A stretch of 64,000 nucleotides of DNA, taken from positions 3,232,001 through 3,296,000 of the forward strand of contig OY759746.1 in the NCBI GenBank assembly GCA_963662795.1, read 5' to 3'. A model generated the notes under the pieces. The model made no database searches, was not told the origin of the DNA, and saw only the letters and a program-made list of their open reading frames with translations. Of this stretch, positions 1-10,335 are shown piece by piece. Source of the stretch: Spirochaetia bacterium (GTDB lineage: Bacteria; Spirochaetota; Spirochaetia; CADAEX01). The translations under genes and the position numbers were made by a program. The first letter of the stretch is position 1; each line of letters begins with the position of its first letter.

Positions 1-2
1 TT

Positions 3-1298
3 AACGCAGTTCTAAACCATACACAGGAAGGGTATATAGCAATCGATACTTTCGGGACAATTTCAATGATTAATAAAACTGCCCTTAAACTGCTTCCGGA
101 TAATCAAAACCCCATAGACAACCCTCTTATAGATATTTTTCCTGAGTTAAAAGATCTTCTGGAAGTATTAACAACCGGAACAGCAAGGATGCAGGAGATA
201 TTATACCTTAAAGGAACATCTGTCCTGTGTGATATGATTCCCCTAAAACTGGGCAACAATGAGAGAATAGGAGCGATTGCAACATTTAATGATACAAAAA
301 CCATAACTATGGGAGAACAGAAAATCCGGAATAAACTGATGAGTAAGGGATTGATAGCAGAATATCATTTTGATGATATAAAAGGGTGCAGCAGTGAAAT
401 CAGGGAATGTATTAAAAACGCGAAACTGTTTTCAGCATCAGATTTAACTGTGCTGATAACCGGGGAAACCGGAATAGGAAAGGAATTATTCGCCCAGAGT
501 ATCCATAATTCAGGAGAAAGAAAAAAAGGGCCTTTTGTCGCTGTGAACTGCGCCTCGCTTCCTGAAAGTATTCTTGAAAGCGAATTGTTCGGATATGAGG
601 AGGGTGCGTTTACAGGCGCCAAAAAAAACGGAAAACCGGGTCTGTTCGAACTTTCTCACAAAGGAACAATATTTCTGGATGAGATAAGCGAAATGCCACT
701 GGTACTGCAGGGAAGACTGCTTAGAGTTCTTCAGGAAAGAAAGGTGATGAGACTTGGAAGTGACCGTTTTATCCGGATTGATGTAAGGATAATCGCGGCG
801 ACCAACAAAAAACTTAGAGAACTTGTAAATGAAAAAAAATTCCGGGCGGATCTTTTTTTCCGGCTTAATGTACTGACATTATTTATACCTCCTCTTAGAG
901 AAAGACAGGAGGATATTATTGAGCTTTTCATGGAACTCTGGAATTATTCGTCAAAAAGCAGAAAACTTGAAATACTGGACAGTGCTGTAGAAGCGCTGGA
1001 AGAATACAATTGGCCTGGTAATGTAAGACAGCTGAAGAATTTCATTTCAAAGCTGAGTATTATCAACACAGAAGAGGTAATAACAGGGGAGATCATAAAA
1101 ACAATGATAAAAAAATATGAACCCTGTATAGATGAAGAAAAAAAAGAAACAATGTCTTATAAAGGCAGTAAAACAATTTCTGAAAGAGAGGTGAAAGAAG
1201 CCCTGATAAAAGCTGAAGGAAGTCATAGCCGTGCAGCAGAAATCCTTCAGATACACCGGAGTACCTTGTGGAGACTTTGCAGGAAATTTAAGTTCTGA
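3..1298 (+). CDS. Sigma54-dependent transcriptional activator (PrpR-like; PAS + AAA+ + Fis HTH), 5'-truncated by the window edge
   Basis: Frame open from base 3; GETGIGKE Walker A, ESELFGYEEGAFTGA motif, FLDEI Walker B, WPGNVRQL, C-terminal HTH (AAEILQIHRSTLWR). Confidence 0.92.
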   Translation, partial: NAVLNHTQEGYIAIDTFGTISMINKTALKLLPDNQNPIDNPLIDIFPELKDLLEVLTTGTARMQEILYLKGTSVLCDMIPLKLGNNERIGAIATFNDTKTITMGEQKIRNKLMSKGLIAEYHFDDIKGCSSEIRECIKNAKLFSASDLTVLITGETGIGKELFAQSIHNSGERKKGPFVAVNCASLPESILESELFGYEEGAFTGAKKNGKPGLFELSHKGTIFLDEISEMPLVLQGRLLRVLQERKVMRLGSDRFIRIDVRIIAATNKKLRELVNEKKFRADLFFRLNVLTLFIPPLRERQEDIIELFMELWNYSSKSRKLEILDSAVEALEEYNWPGNVRQLKNFISKLSIINTEEVITGEIIKTMIKKYEPCIDEEKKETMSYKGSKTISEREVKEALIKAEGSHSRAAEILQIHRSTLWRLCRKFKF

Positions 1299-1324
1299 AA
1301 AACTTTTTTAATGTTGCAAAAAAC

Positions 1325-1356
1325 GTTGCAAATGTTTCATGTAAAACATCTGCAAC
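1325..1356. promoter_or_regulatory. Probable enhancer (UAS) for the sigma54 activator
   Basis: Imperfect palindrome GTTGCA-a-ATGTTT-catgta-AAACAT-c-TGCAAC about 140 bp upstream of the -24/-12 promoter; extra TGTTGCA half-site at 1312. Confidence 0.6.
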
Positions 1357-1494
1357 ACTATAACTAATGATTTTCAGGACAGACAGCCGCATAATCCCTC
1401 TAGATTATTTATTTTTAAGCCGTTTAAAGCAGAAAAACAGTCAATTATCGTAAAATTATTCAAAATCCCAGATAACCTATCAAAATCTCAAGTT

Positions 1495-1510
1495 TGGCAC
1501 AGTAATTGCT
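1495..1510 (+). promoter_or_regulatory. Sigma54 (-24/-12) promoter
   Basis: TGGCAC-agtaa-TTGCT matches consensus TGGCAC-N5-TTGCW, between the activator gene and the aldolase. Confidence 0.88.
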
Positions 1511-1549
1511 GTTACTTATGCAATTATAAGAATTATAAAGAGGATAATT

Positions 1550-2581
1550 GTGATTGACTTAAGAAGTGATACTCTGACAAAGCCTACAAAAGCTATGTAC
1601 TCTGCAATGATGAATGCTGAGCTGGGAGATGAAGGAAGACTGACAGATGATAAAAGAGGCGGCGATCCTACAATACGGCTGCTTGAAGACAGGGCGTCTG
1701 AAATAACAGGCAAGGAATCTGCCCTGTTTTGTGTAAGCGGTTCAATGGGAAATCTACTCGCCCTTATGACATATACAAATTATGGTGATTATTGTGCTGT
1801 GAACGAAAATCTTCATGTGTGCCGGAGCGAAAAAGGTATTTTTGCGGACAGACCCGGAGGTATCAAACCGCTTTTTTACGATACTGATTTACTCGGCACA
1901 CCGGATATTGCATCTATTGATGAACTGTTAAATAAAAACAGTGTAAAAGCGGCATGCATTGAAAATACAAATAATTTTTTCGGAGGCACCTGTATAACAC
2001 CCGATTATATCGCAGATATTTCAAAAACCGTAAAGAAATATAATGTTCCTCTTCATATGGACGGAGCAAGATTGTTTAACGCCTCAGTATATCTAAACGC
2101 AGATGCAAAGGAAATTACAAGGCATGTTGATTCAGTGATGTTCTGTATCTCCAAAGGACTTGGAGCACCTGTAGGGTCTCTTCTTTGCGGTAAAAAAGAT
2201 TTTATTGAAAAAGCAAGGGAGAATAAAAAATATTTGGGAGGTGTTGTCAGACAGGGGGGTATTGTAGCGGCTGCGGGGATACAGGCCCTTGATACAGAAA
2301 TACCTCTTTTGAAAATCGATCATGATAACACAAAAATGCTTGCTGACTTGCTGTCTGAAATACCTGAATTGAAGATCAATAAAAAATCTGTACAGACAAA
2401 TCTTCTGAAAATTGACATTTCCGGAACAGGAATGGCTGCTGATATTTTTACAGGGAAGTTAAAGGAAAAAGGATTACTGGTAAATGCTGTTGACTCAGGA
2501 AGTATCAGAATTGTTTTATACAAGGAAATAAACCGCAGACAGGTCGAAGAATCTGTTCAAATTATAAAAAGCTGTTTATAG
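1550..2581 (+). CDS. ltaE: Low-specificity L-threonine aldolase family PLP enzyme
   Basis: IDLRSDT N-terminus, HMDGARLFNA, SKGLGAPVGS PLP-lysine motif. Confidence 0.88.
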   Translation: MIDLRSDTLTKPTKAMYSAMMNAELGDEGRLTDDKRGGDPTIRLLEDRASEITGKESALFCVSGSMGNLLALMTYTNYGDYCAVNENLHVCRSEKGIFADRPGGIKPLFYDTDLLGTPDIASIDELLNKNSVKAACIENTNNFFGGTCITPDYIADISKTVKKYNVPLHMDGARLFNASVYLNADAKEITRHVDSVMFCISKGLGAPVGSLLCGKKDFIEKARENKKYLGGVVRQGGIVAAAGIQALDTEIPLLKIDHDNTKMLADLLSEIPELKINKKSVQTNLLKIDISGTGMAADIFTGKLKEKGLLVNAVDSGSIRIVLYKEINRRQVEESVQIIKSCL

Positions 2582-2649
2582 CAGCCGAAAAATGTCTCTT
2601 ATATAGAAGGTCAAAATGTACCTTCTAATTTTATATTCAGGAGTACTAT

Positions 2650-3876
2650 ATGTATAAATGGTGGAAAAAACAATCGCTTTCCATGAAAGTCCTAATCGGA
2701 ATGGTTCTCGGTATCGCAGTTGGGATGATATGGGGACCAGGCGCAGTACAAATCAAATTTATCGGCGATATTTTTATTAATTTGCTTCAAATGGCCCTTA
2801 TCCCGATAGTTTTATTTGTAATGAGTTCTGCAATCTGCAGTGCAAAAAATCCTAAAACACTGGGAAACATCGGTGGAAAGGTTATTGCCTATTATATGCT
2901 TACAACAGTATTGGCTGCTGTAGTCGGGCTTGTTGTCGGTAAAGTGCTTCGGCCTGGTGTTGGATTCTCATTTGCAGGTATTTCAACAGAGGGTGTAAAA
3001 CTGGCAGAATTTACATCATTTCAGGATTTTATCCTCGACCTGTTTCCGAAAAACATTATAAGTTCGATGAGCTCTGGGAATGTACTTCATGTTGCTGTTT
3101 TTTCAATCTTCATAGGGCTTGCAGTTGTTTTTATGGGTGAAAAAGGAGAACCAGTAAGAAAGGGTCTCAAGTACATGTCGGATCTTGTACAGTCTCTGGT
3201 CGGAATAATAATTTCCTTTTCACCTATTGGCGTATTCTGTCTGATGGCGGCTACTTTCGGTAAATACGGTTCTTCACTTTTTGGTCCCATAGCTAAACTG
3301 CTTGGAACTTTCTATCTGGGAGCTATAGTACATTTCCTCCTTGTTTATATCCTCCTGCTTTGGATAGTAACTAAAATATCTCCATGGACATTTATCAAAA
3401 AAGCATCTGCATTAATGATTTATACCATGAGTACCTGCAGCAGCACCGCTTCAATTCCTATAAATCTTAAAATAGCAAAAGAGGAATTTAACCTTTCCGA
3501 TGCTGTGGCGAATTTTACAATTCCGCTTGGTTCCCAGATAAATAAGGACGGGAACGGAGTTCTGCTTCCTATCGTTCTTATTTTTACAGCACAGGCGGCA
3601 GGAATTTCAATTTCTATTCCCCAGATGTTCCTTATGGTAGGTTTTGCGGTTCTTGTTACCTTAGGCGGCGGCGGAATTCCCGGTTCTGGTATTGTGAAAA
3701 TTGCTGTACTTGTAGCTGCATTTAACCTTCCGCTTGAAATAGTACCTATTATGGCCGGTTTATACAGACTTGTGGATATGGGTATAACTACTCTTAACTG
3801 CACAGGAGATCTTGCCGGAGCCATAATAATTGACAAACTTGAAGAGAATCGGCTGAAAAAAGAAAAAGTTGCATAG
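2650..3876 (+). CDS. Dicarboxylate/amino acid:cation symporter (DAACS, GltP/SstT family)
   Basis: Multi-pass membrane protein; STCSSTASIP serine-rich motif, PLGSQINKDG, GGGGIPG, T.LN.TGD motifs. Confidence 0.9.
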   Translation: MYKWWKKQSLSMKVLIGMVLGIAVGMIWGPGAVQIKFIGDIFINLLQMALIPIVLFVMSSAICSAKNPKTLGNIGGKVIAYYMLTTVLAAVVGLVVGKVLRPGVGFSFAGISTEGVKLAEFTSFQDFILDLFPKNIISSMSSGNVLHVAVFSIFIGLAVVFMGEKGEPVRKGLKYMSDLVQSLVGIIISFSPIGVFCLMAATFGKYGSSLFGPIAKLLGTFYLGAIVHFLLVYILLLWIVTKISPWTFIKKASALMIYTMSTCSSTASIPINLKIAKEEFNLSDAVANFTIPLGSQINKDGNGVLLPIVLIFTAQAAGISISIPQMFLMVGFAVLVTLGGGGIPGSGIVKIAVLVAAFNLPLEIVPIMAGLYRLVDMGITTLNCTGDLAGAIIIDKLEENRLKKEKVA

Positions 3877-3885
3877 ATATTGTTC

Positions 3886-3907
3886 CCCCCTGTTAAAATA
3901 CAGGGGG
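3886..3907 (+). terminator. Intra-operon stem-loop (terminator-like or mRNA stabiliser)
   Basis: CCCCCTGT-taaaat-ACAGGGGG just after the symporter stop; weak U tract. Confidence 0.5.
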
Positions 3908-3961
3908 ATTAAGTTATGATAATATAATTAAAAGTTTTTTTGCAAAACAGCTGAGGACGGA

Positions 3962-4921
3962 ATGACCGGAGTTGATGACATTATAAATGCAGAGAAGCAG
4001 ATATCGCCCTATATCAATTTCCAGCCTCTGATTTACAGCAGTTATTTCAGTGAAAAATTCAACAGTAAAATATTTTTTAAACCCGAAAACCTACAGGTAA
4101 CCGGTTCTTTCAAGATTAGGGGTGCTCTTAATAAAATTCTGTCATTAAATGAAAGTGAAAAAAAATCCGGAATAATTACTGCCTCCTCAGGAAATCACGC
4201 ACTGGGGGTTGCGTTCGGCGCAAAACTGACTGGCACAAAGGCTGTTGTTGTAATGCCTGAAAACGCTCAGAAAGCAAAGATTGAAGGAGTTAAAATCCTG
4301 GGGGCTGATGTTGTATTATTTGGACAAACACCTGTTGAAAGGTATGAGAAGGTATTTCAGCTTCAAAATGAATTTGGATATACACTGATACATTCATGCG
4401 ATGATTCAAAGGTGATTGCAGGACAAGGTACAATCGGACTCGAAATTATGAAGGATTTAAATAATGCAGACTCTGTAATAGTACCTCTCGGTGCCGGAGC
4501 TCTTCTTGCGGGAATAGCCTGTGCAGTAAAAAACTATAATCCCAAAATTCGTGTGATCGGTGTTGAACCTGACGCAATTCCCAGATTCACAGTCAGCAGA
4601 AAAGCAAATAAGCCTCAGGATGTCCCATATAATCCGACAATCGCTGACGGTTTAAGAATGACCAGGACTTATCCGCAGCTTTATGAAATGATTGAGAAAT
4701 ATGTTGATGAGATTATAAGCGTTTCAGAGGAGTTCATAAAACAGGCTGCAAGAGAGGTTATTCTGAATGGCAGGCTGGTAGTTGAACCTTCAGGTTCAAT
4801 CGGTCTGGCTGCAATTCTGTCATGCAGATTAAAGCTGAAAATGGGAAGGAAAAATGTAATTGTATTGTCAGGCGGGAATATAGATCCTGTCATTTTATGT
4901 CGATTAATCAGTAATCAGTAA
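3962..4921 (+). CDS. Threonine/serine dehydratase family PLP enzyme without ACT domain
   Basis: KPENLQVTGSFKIRGA, ASSGNHA, AGQGTIGLEI, LSGGNID motifs; 319 aa. Confidence 0.88.
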   Translation: MTGVDDIINAEKQISPYINFQPLIYSSYFSEKFNSKIFFKPENLQVTGSFKIRGALNKILSLNESEKKSGIITASSGNHALGVAFGAKLTGTKAVVVMPENAQKAKIEGVKILGADVVLFGQTPVERYEKVFQLQNEFGYTLIHSCDDSKVIAGQGTIGLEIMKDLNNADSVIVPLGAGALLAGIACAVKNYNPKIRVIGVEPDAIPRFTVSRKANKPQDVPYNPTIADGLRMTRTYPQLYEMIEKYVDEIISVSEEFIKQAAREVILNGRLVVEPSGSIGLAAILSCRLKLKMGRKNVIVLSGGNIDPVILCRLISNQ

Positions 4922-5027
4922 AAATATCAGGGAAACATGGATTTTGAAATCAGCCGTACTACTTCAGCTGTATAATAACTGAAGTTTAAATTGCTGATCA
5001 TATTTATATGTAAAAAAACTTGATAAG

Positions 5028-5069
5028 AAAAAAACCTGTTCAGTAATTGCTTATTGAACAGGTTTTTTT
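5028..5069. terminator. Bidirectional rho-independent terminator
   Basis: AAAAAAACCTGTTCAGTAA-ttgc-TTATTGAACAGGTTTTTTT between convergent operons. Confidence 0.85.
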
Positions 5070-5121
5070 ATAATCCCCGGGGTTTTACAGCTATTTCAAA
5101 TCCTGACCCGGTTCATCACGC

Positions 5122-6693
5122 TTAATTTTCACCCAGAACATATGTGTTGTAATAATAATCAATACTGTCGATCAGCGCTTCCCATGATGCTTCAACAATA
5201 TTTTCCGAAACTCCGACAGTATCCCATTCAATCTTATGGTCGGTTGTCGTAATAAATACTCTTACTTTCGCGGCAGACGCCGATTCAGGGTTGAGTATTC
5301 GCACCTTGTAGTCAATCAGGCTGATTTTTTTGAGAAAAGGGTAGTGCGGAGTCAGGGCATCCCTCAAAGCCTTGTCAAGAGTATCGACAGGGCCGACGCT
5401 TACGGCAGCTCCAAGAACATTTTTTCCCAGTGATTGCATGAATATCCTGCCGACAGTTTTGCTCGGAGTATCACCTGTTTTGTAGGATTCAAGGTGATAG
5501 TTATTCAATTCGATAATTGGTTCGTATTTTTTTATGGTTTTTCTAATCAGAATATCAAATGATGCTTCCGCGGCCTCATATTCATAACCCTCTTCCTCTT
5601 TTTCCTTGAGGACCTCAATGAGGTTCTGAACCTCGGTGCTTCCTTTGTCAAATTCTCCGTATTTTGCCAGTTTATTGACAATAGTGGATTTGCCTGAAAG
5701 TTCAGAAAGCAGTATTTTTCTTGAATTGCCGACAAGCTTGCTGTCAATATGCTCCATCAGGTCAGGGGCCTTGTTGATAACGTCTGCATGCTGCCCCGCT
5801 TTGTGGCTGAATGCTGCTTCCCCTACATAGGGCTGTCTTTTTTCAGGTATGATATTTCCAATTTCATAAACATATCTCGAAAGAGATGTTATCCTGCTGA
5901 TTTCCGGGGCAATGCTGGCGTCATAGTCAGTTTTGAGGCAGATATTGGGCGCAATAGCGCAAAGATTTGCGTTGCCGCATCTCTCCCCCCAGCCGTTTAT
6001 CGTTCCCTGTATCTGGATTGCGCCGTAATCAAGGGCTAAAATCGAATTGGCTACAGCTGTACCGCAGTCATTGTGAAAATGAACCCCGAGCGGGGCAAGC
6101 TTATCAACAGGAAGTTTTTTCAGTATATTTATCACTTCGGAGGGGAGAACTCCTCCATTGGTATCGCACAGGACAAGGGTTTTAGCCCCTGCATCAGACG
6201 CAGTCCGGAGAACTTTTATTGCGTATTCGCTGTCATCCTTGAATCCGTCAAAAAAATGTTCAAGGTCAAAGAGAACTGTTCTTCCCTGTTTTTTAAGATA
6301 TGCAATTGAATCGTGAATCATCTCAAGATTTTCCTCAGGCGATGTTCCGAGAACTCTTTCAACATGCCCTTTCCAGGTTTTTCCCACGATCATAATATGT
6401 TCAACTTCAGCCTGAAGCAGCGCATTTAAATGATTATCTTTATCTGCCGCAATTCCCGGTTTTTTGGTTGAGCCGAAAGCGACAATTTTTGCGTGCGACA
6501 ATTTCTCTTTATTCATATGAGTGAAAAAAGATGCCTCTTTTTTATTGGCAAGCGGAAACCCTCCTTCTATATAGTCGAATTTCATCTCATCAAGTTTGTG
6601 GGCAATCTTTATCTTGTCTGTAAGCGTAAAGTTTATTTCAATTCCCTGCATTCCGTCACGCAGTGTTGTGTCATATAGTTCAATTTTTTTCAT
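5122..6693 (-). CDS. cimA: Citramalate synthase
   Basis: YDTTLRDGMQG, DLEHFFDGFK, HFHNDCG, GERCGNANL, AFSHKAGQH and WDTVGVSENIVEASWEAL typical of bacterial CimA. Confidence 0.88.
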   Translation of the reverse strand: MKKIELYDTTLRDGMQGIEINFTLTDKIKIAHKLDEMKFDYIEGGFPLANKKEASFFTHMNKEKLSHAKIVAFGSTKKPGIAADKDNHLNALLQAEVEHIMIVGKTWKGHVERVLGTSPEENLEMIHDSIAYLKKQGRTVLFDLEHFFDGFKDDSEYAIKVLRTASDAGAKTLVLCDTNGGVLPSEVINILKKLPVDKLAPLGVHFHNDCGTAVANSILALDYGAIQIQGTINGWGERCGNANLCAIAPNICLKTDYDASIAPEISRITSLSRYVYEIGNIIPEKRQPYVGEAAFSHKAGQHADVINKAPDLMEHIDSKLVGNSRKILLSELSGKSTIVNKLAKYGEFDKGSTEVQNLIEVLKEKEEEGYEYEAAEASFDILIRKTIKKYEPIIELNNYHLESYKTGDTPSKTVGRIFMQSLGKNVLGAAVSVGPVDTLDKALRDALTPHYPFLKKISLIDYKVRILNPESASAAKVRVFITTTDHKIEWDTVGVSENIVEASWEALIDSIDYYYNTYVLGEN

Positions 6694-8206
6694 TATTCAT
6701 TTCCTTTGATAGCAGTATTTTATTAAGCGCGCTTACGTATGCGATTGCACTTGCTTCAAGAATATCTGTTGATGAACCCCTTCCTTTTGAATCAACTCCG
6801 TCCACAGAAATTGAAACCTGTACTTCTCCCATCGCCTGTTTTCCAGGTGTAACCGCATGTACCTTGTATTCTTTAAGTATGGCGTTGACTCCTATTGCCC
6901 TTTCAATTGCCCTGAAAATAGCATCGACCGGGCCGTCTCCTGTTGCAGCTTCTTCCAGTACAGTATCATTATGTCTTATTTTAATGGTCGCCGTAGGAAT
7001 GGAAGTATTGCCGGATAATATATTAAAATATTCAAGTTTGTAGGATGATGAGTACATTCCAAGTTCGTCAATTATAATTGTAATGAGATCTTCGTCATAA
7101 ACCTCTTTTTTTCTGTCCGCAATATAGAGAAATTTGTCAAATATTTTTTTTGACTCTTCTTCTGATATGACAAAACCAAGCTCGCCAATTCTTTTTTTGA
7201 ATCCGTGGAATCCGGAATGCCTACCCAGAACAATATCGCTGCTGCCCCTGCCAATTGAGGAGGGAGTCATGATTTCATAGGTTTCCCTGTGTTTTAACAG
7301 TCCGTCCTGGTGGATTCCTGATTCATGGGCAAATGCGTTATCGCCCACAACGGGTTTGTTTCTTGAGATTTCAAGCCCTGTAATGTTTGAAATAAGTCTT
7401 GATGAATTATATATCTGATTTGTTTTGATGTTAGTGGTATATTTAAGCAGGTCTTTTCTGACTGACATAACCATGATTAATTCTTCAAGAGCGGCGTTGC
7501 CGGCCCTTTCTCCAATTCCGTTGATTGTCACTTCTGCCTGTCTTGCTCCGGCCTCTATGGCGGCAAGGGTGTTGGCAACCGCAAGTCCAAGATCGTTATG
7601 GCAATGCACAGAGATAATTGCCTTGTCAATATTGGGTACATTGTTTTTTATCCCGGTTATTATATTACTCATCTCCTGCGGGATTGTGTAGCCTACCGTA
7701 TCCGGTATATTGATGATTGTCGCACCGGCCTCTATTACTTTTTCTATTATTGAATATAAAAACGGCAGGTCACTTCTGGTTGCGTCTTCAGGTGAAAACT
7801 CAACTTCCGCGGCCTTGTTCTTCGCGTATTTTACAGCTTTTACTGCCATCTGAATTATTTCTTCAGGGGGTTTGTTGAATTTGTATTTCATGTGTATTGG
7901 TGATGTTGCGATAAAGGTGTGGATCCTTGAATGCTGTGCTTTTGCTACTGCTTCTGCTGCAATATCAATATCCTTTTCAACCGCTCTTGCGAGCGCAGTT
8001 ATAACAGGTCCCTTGATATTTTCTGAAATCATTTTGCAGGCCTGAAACTGCTGGGGAGATGAAACAGGAAACCCGGTTTCAATCGCGTCAACTCCCATCC
8101 TTGATATCTGTACAGCAACCTCATATTTTTGTTCCACAGTCATTGATGCGCCGGGGGATTGTTCTCCGTCCCTGAGTGTCGTATCAAAAATAAATATACG
8201 CTCCAT
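6680..8206 (-). CDS. leuA: 2-isopropylmalate synthase
   Basis: [39 protein letters not shown]-terminal GDGPVDA regulatory domain. Confidence 0.95.
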   Translation of the reverse strand: MERIFIFDTTLRDGEQSPGASMTVEQKYEVAVQISRMGVDAIETGFPVSSPQQFQACKMISENIKGPVITALARAVEKDIDIAAEAVAKAQHSRIHTFIATSPIHMKYKFNKPPEEIIQMAVKAVKYAKNKAAEVEFSPEDATRSDLPFLYSIIEKVIEAGATIINIPDTVGYTIPQEMSNIITGIKNNVPNIDKAIISVHCHNDLGLAVANTLAAIEAGARQAEVTINGIGERAGNAALEELIMVMSVRKDLLKYTTNIKTNQIYNSSRLISNITGLEISRNKPVVGDNAFAHESGIHQDGLLKHRETYEIMTPSSIGRGSSDIVLGRHSGFHGFKKRIGELGFVISEEESKKIFDKFLYIADRKKEVYDEDLITIIIDELGMYSSSYKLEYFNILSGNTSIPTATIKIRHNDTVLEEAATGDGPVDAIFRAIERAIGVNAILKEYKVHAVTPGKQAMGEVQVSISVDGVDSKGRGSSTDILEASAIAYVSALNKILLSKEMNNEKN

Positions 8207-8287
8207 TAAAAAACTCCTTTTAAAATTTCAACTTGAAAATTCTGCTTAACAATTCAATTAAAAATCCGGTCGATAAATTAATTGAAT

Positions 8288-8322
8288 AAAAAAAAACCGT
8301 CCAACCCTTGCGGGAAGGACGG
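8288..8322 (-). terminator. Attenuator terminator upstream of leuA
   Basis: Minus strand CCGTCC-TT-CCC-gcaa-GGG-TT-GGACGG followed by a run of 9 T. Confidence 0.85.
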
Positions 8323-8348
8323 CGTAAAAGCCGATACAAAACAACAGT

Positions 8349-8444
8349 TTATCCTTCCTGCATACCATTCCCTGTTAGTAGAATGATGTTAATGAGTAGG
8401 ATAATAATAGAAATAATGGTTTTCTGTCTGTAATTAATATTCAT
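8349..8444 (-). CDS. Ile/Leu-rich leader peptide of the leuA-cimA operon (31 aa, MNINYRQKTIISIIILLINIILLTGNGMQEG)
   Basis: ORF read by hand: 9 Ile and 4 Leu codons (3 are CTA); its 3' end GCAGGAAGGA can pair with the terminator 5' arm TCCTTCCCGC. Confidence 0.85.
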   Translation of the reverse strand: MNINYRQKTIISIIILLINIILLTGNGMQEG

Positions 8445-8565
8445 TGTGCATATAATTAACCGGCACATAAAAAAAGTCAAGACTTTTTTTATATTTTAGC
8501 TGATGCGCTGTTCTTTTTTTATTTATTGCTTGACCATGTTAATTTTATAACTGAAAATATTAATT

Positions 8566-10335
8566 ATGGGTGTATTAAAAGGGTTCGAACAGCTGGCCCA
8601 TGAACTTCCTGAAGATGAACGGAATGACCTGCTGAATGAACTTAAAGACGAACTCCGCGCTTATTCCAATACCGGGCATGTTGATACAGCAGATGAAAAT
8701 TCTGCTGTTGACCTTTCCGCAGCAGAAAATGAAGAGGGATCAATAAAGGATCCAAAATATCTGGAGAAGATCTACAGCAAAATACCTCTAGTCGAGAAAA
8801 TAATGGTAATTTTCAGAAAACTGTTCACAGGTAAAAGTATTGAACAGCTTATTGAAGATTATATTCTTAAGAAACTTGGAAAGGAAATTGAAGCCTCATT
8901 CCCGGGGCTGATTGACGCAAAGAACAGCAGACTAAAAGAACGTTTTTACAGTGAAATATCCATATTTGCCGGGAGTATTGATGTTTTTTCCCAGCCCATA
9001 AATTATATAAGCAAGGCGGGACCTGCGTTATTTTACCGCTATGCAGCATCCAGGGAAATGTCGGGTTTTGAAGAACATCTTAAACAGAATACCAGCCCTG
9101 AATCAATTTATGCTTCCGGAAGTCTAAAAAATTATGAAGACTTAAAGCTCGAGATCAATGTTAAATATAATGAAATTATGGATTCTGTTGATGCTGATGA
9201 AAAAAAGAACATGTATGGACTCGCACGTTCACTTTTTTATGTAACCCAGCTGGTCTTATATCCCTATGAATTACTTAAAAAAAATTTTGTTATTGATGCA
9301 AGCGGTTACAGATTCTGTCAGTTTGCAGGCGCAAGAAAACTTTTAGGACAGCTGGACACCCTTATCACCAGTATGACATCGGAAATAATGGATTATCAAT
9401 TGTTCTGCAATTATCTTTTTGATTTTTATTTAACAGGCAATGAAACAGGCACAGACTCTTCAGGTACTGACGAATATCCTGCAAAAGCAAAAAAGAAGGC
9501 AATGGAGGCTGTGTCTCAAATTTATTCACTTAAAAAAACAATTCCTTTCAAAAAAATACTTAAACTGATATATAAAAATACTGAATATAAACCAGGCCGT
9601 ATTTCCGGCGGTGAAGAGTGGTTTGCCATATATAAACAGCTTCTTAAGGATGAAATTGATGAAATAACTGAAAATTTCATATTCAGACAGAAGAAAAAGA
9701 GTGTTGTAGCAAAAATGAGAGCATTTATTCCGGAAATGCCGGTGGCTGAAAAGTATTATTTTATATTCAGACTCGGCAGTAATTCTTTCCCTCTTAAAAA
9801 ATCAAATCTGTTATATTATTTATACATATTTTATCAAAAATATTACATGAAGATAGTTGAAAAAACAGCATCAGTAATCATGCTTGACGGCAATTTTTAC
9901 AAGGAATCAAATAAAAAGGAACTTAATGAGGCATTTAACCACATCAATTCTTTTAGTGAATCATATCAGGAATATGTTTCAAAAATCGGGATTGATACTC
10001 AATCAGACAATGATACTCTTTCTTATGCTCAGGATAAACATACAACCGGCGGAAAGAAAAAGAAGAAAGAAACTATGGTAAAAGTTTTGTCTAAAGAAGG
10101 GTACAGGCTTTATAAAAGTTATTATGATGCTTTTATCTCAATCAAGAATATCCTGGGCGGTGTTGCGACAGGTAACGCTTCCGGTAAATATGATACACTC
10201 TCCAATCTTTCCGTAGTCTGCGAGGAGAAAACCAGTATGTCTGTAATTGCTATTGATAAAATGTACCGGCAGCTGTCTGAAATACTCAATATCTTCAAGG
10301 AATACGATGAGCTTGAAAATGATGAATATGAATGA
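8566..10335 (+). CDS. Conserved spirochaete hypothetical protein (DUF5312-like)
   Basis: 589-aa ORF; GGEEWF and G.YDTLSNL segments recall this family; family call from memory. Confidence 0.55.
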   Translation: MGVLKGFEQLAHELPEDERNDLLNELKDELRAYSNTGHVDTADENSAVDLSAAENEEGSIKDPKYLEKIYSKIPLVEKIMVIFRKLFTGKSIEQLIEDYILKKLGKEIEASFPGLIDAKNSRLKERFYSEISIFAGSIDVFSQPINYISKAGPALFYRYAASREMSGFEEHLKQNTSPESIYASGSLKNYEDLKLEINVKYNEIMDSVDADEKKNMYGLARSLFYVTQLVLYPYELLKKNFVIDASGYRFCQFAGARKLLGQLDTLITSMTSEIMDYQLFCNYLFDFYLTGNETGTDSSGTDEYPAKAKKKAMEAVSQIYSLKKTIPFKKILKLIYKNTEYKPGRISGGEEWFAIYKQLLKDEIDEITENFIFRQKKKSVVAKMRAFIPEMPVAEKYYFIFRLGSNSFPLKKSNLLYYLYIFYQKYYMKIVEKTASVIMLDGNFYKESNKKELNEAFNHINSFSESYQEYVSKIGIDTQSDNDTLSYAQDKHTTGGKKKKKETMVKVLSKEGYRLYKSYYDAFISIKNILGGVATGNASGKYDTLSNLSVVCEEKTSMSVIAIDKMYRQLSEILNIFKEYDELENDEYE

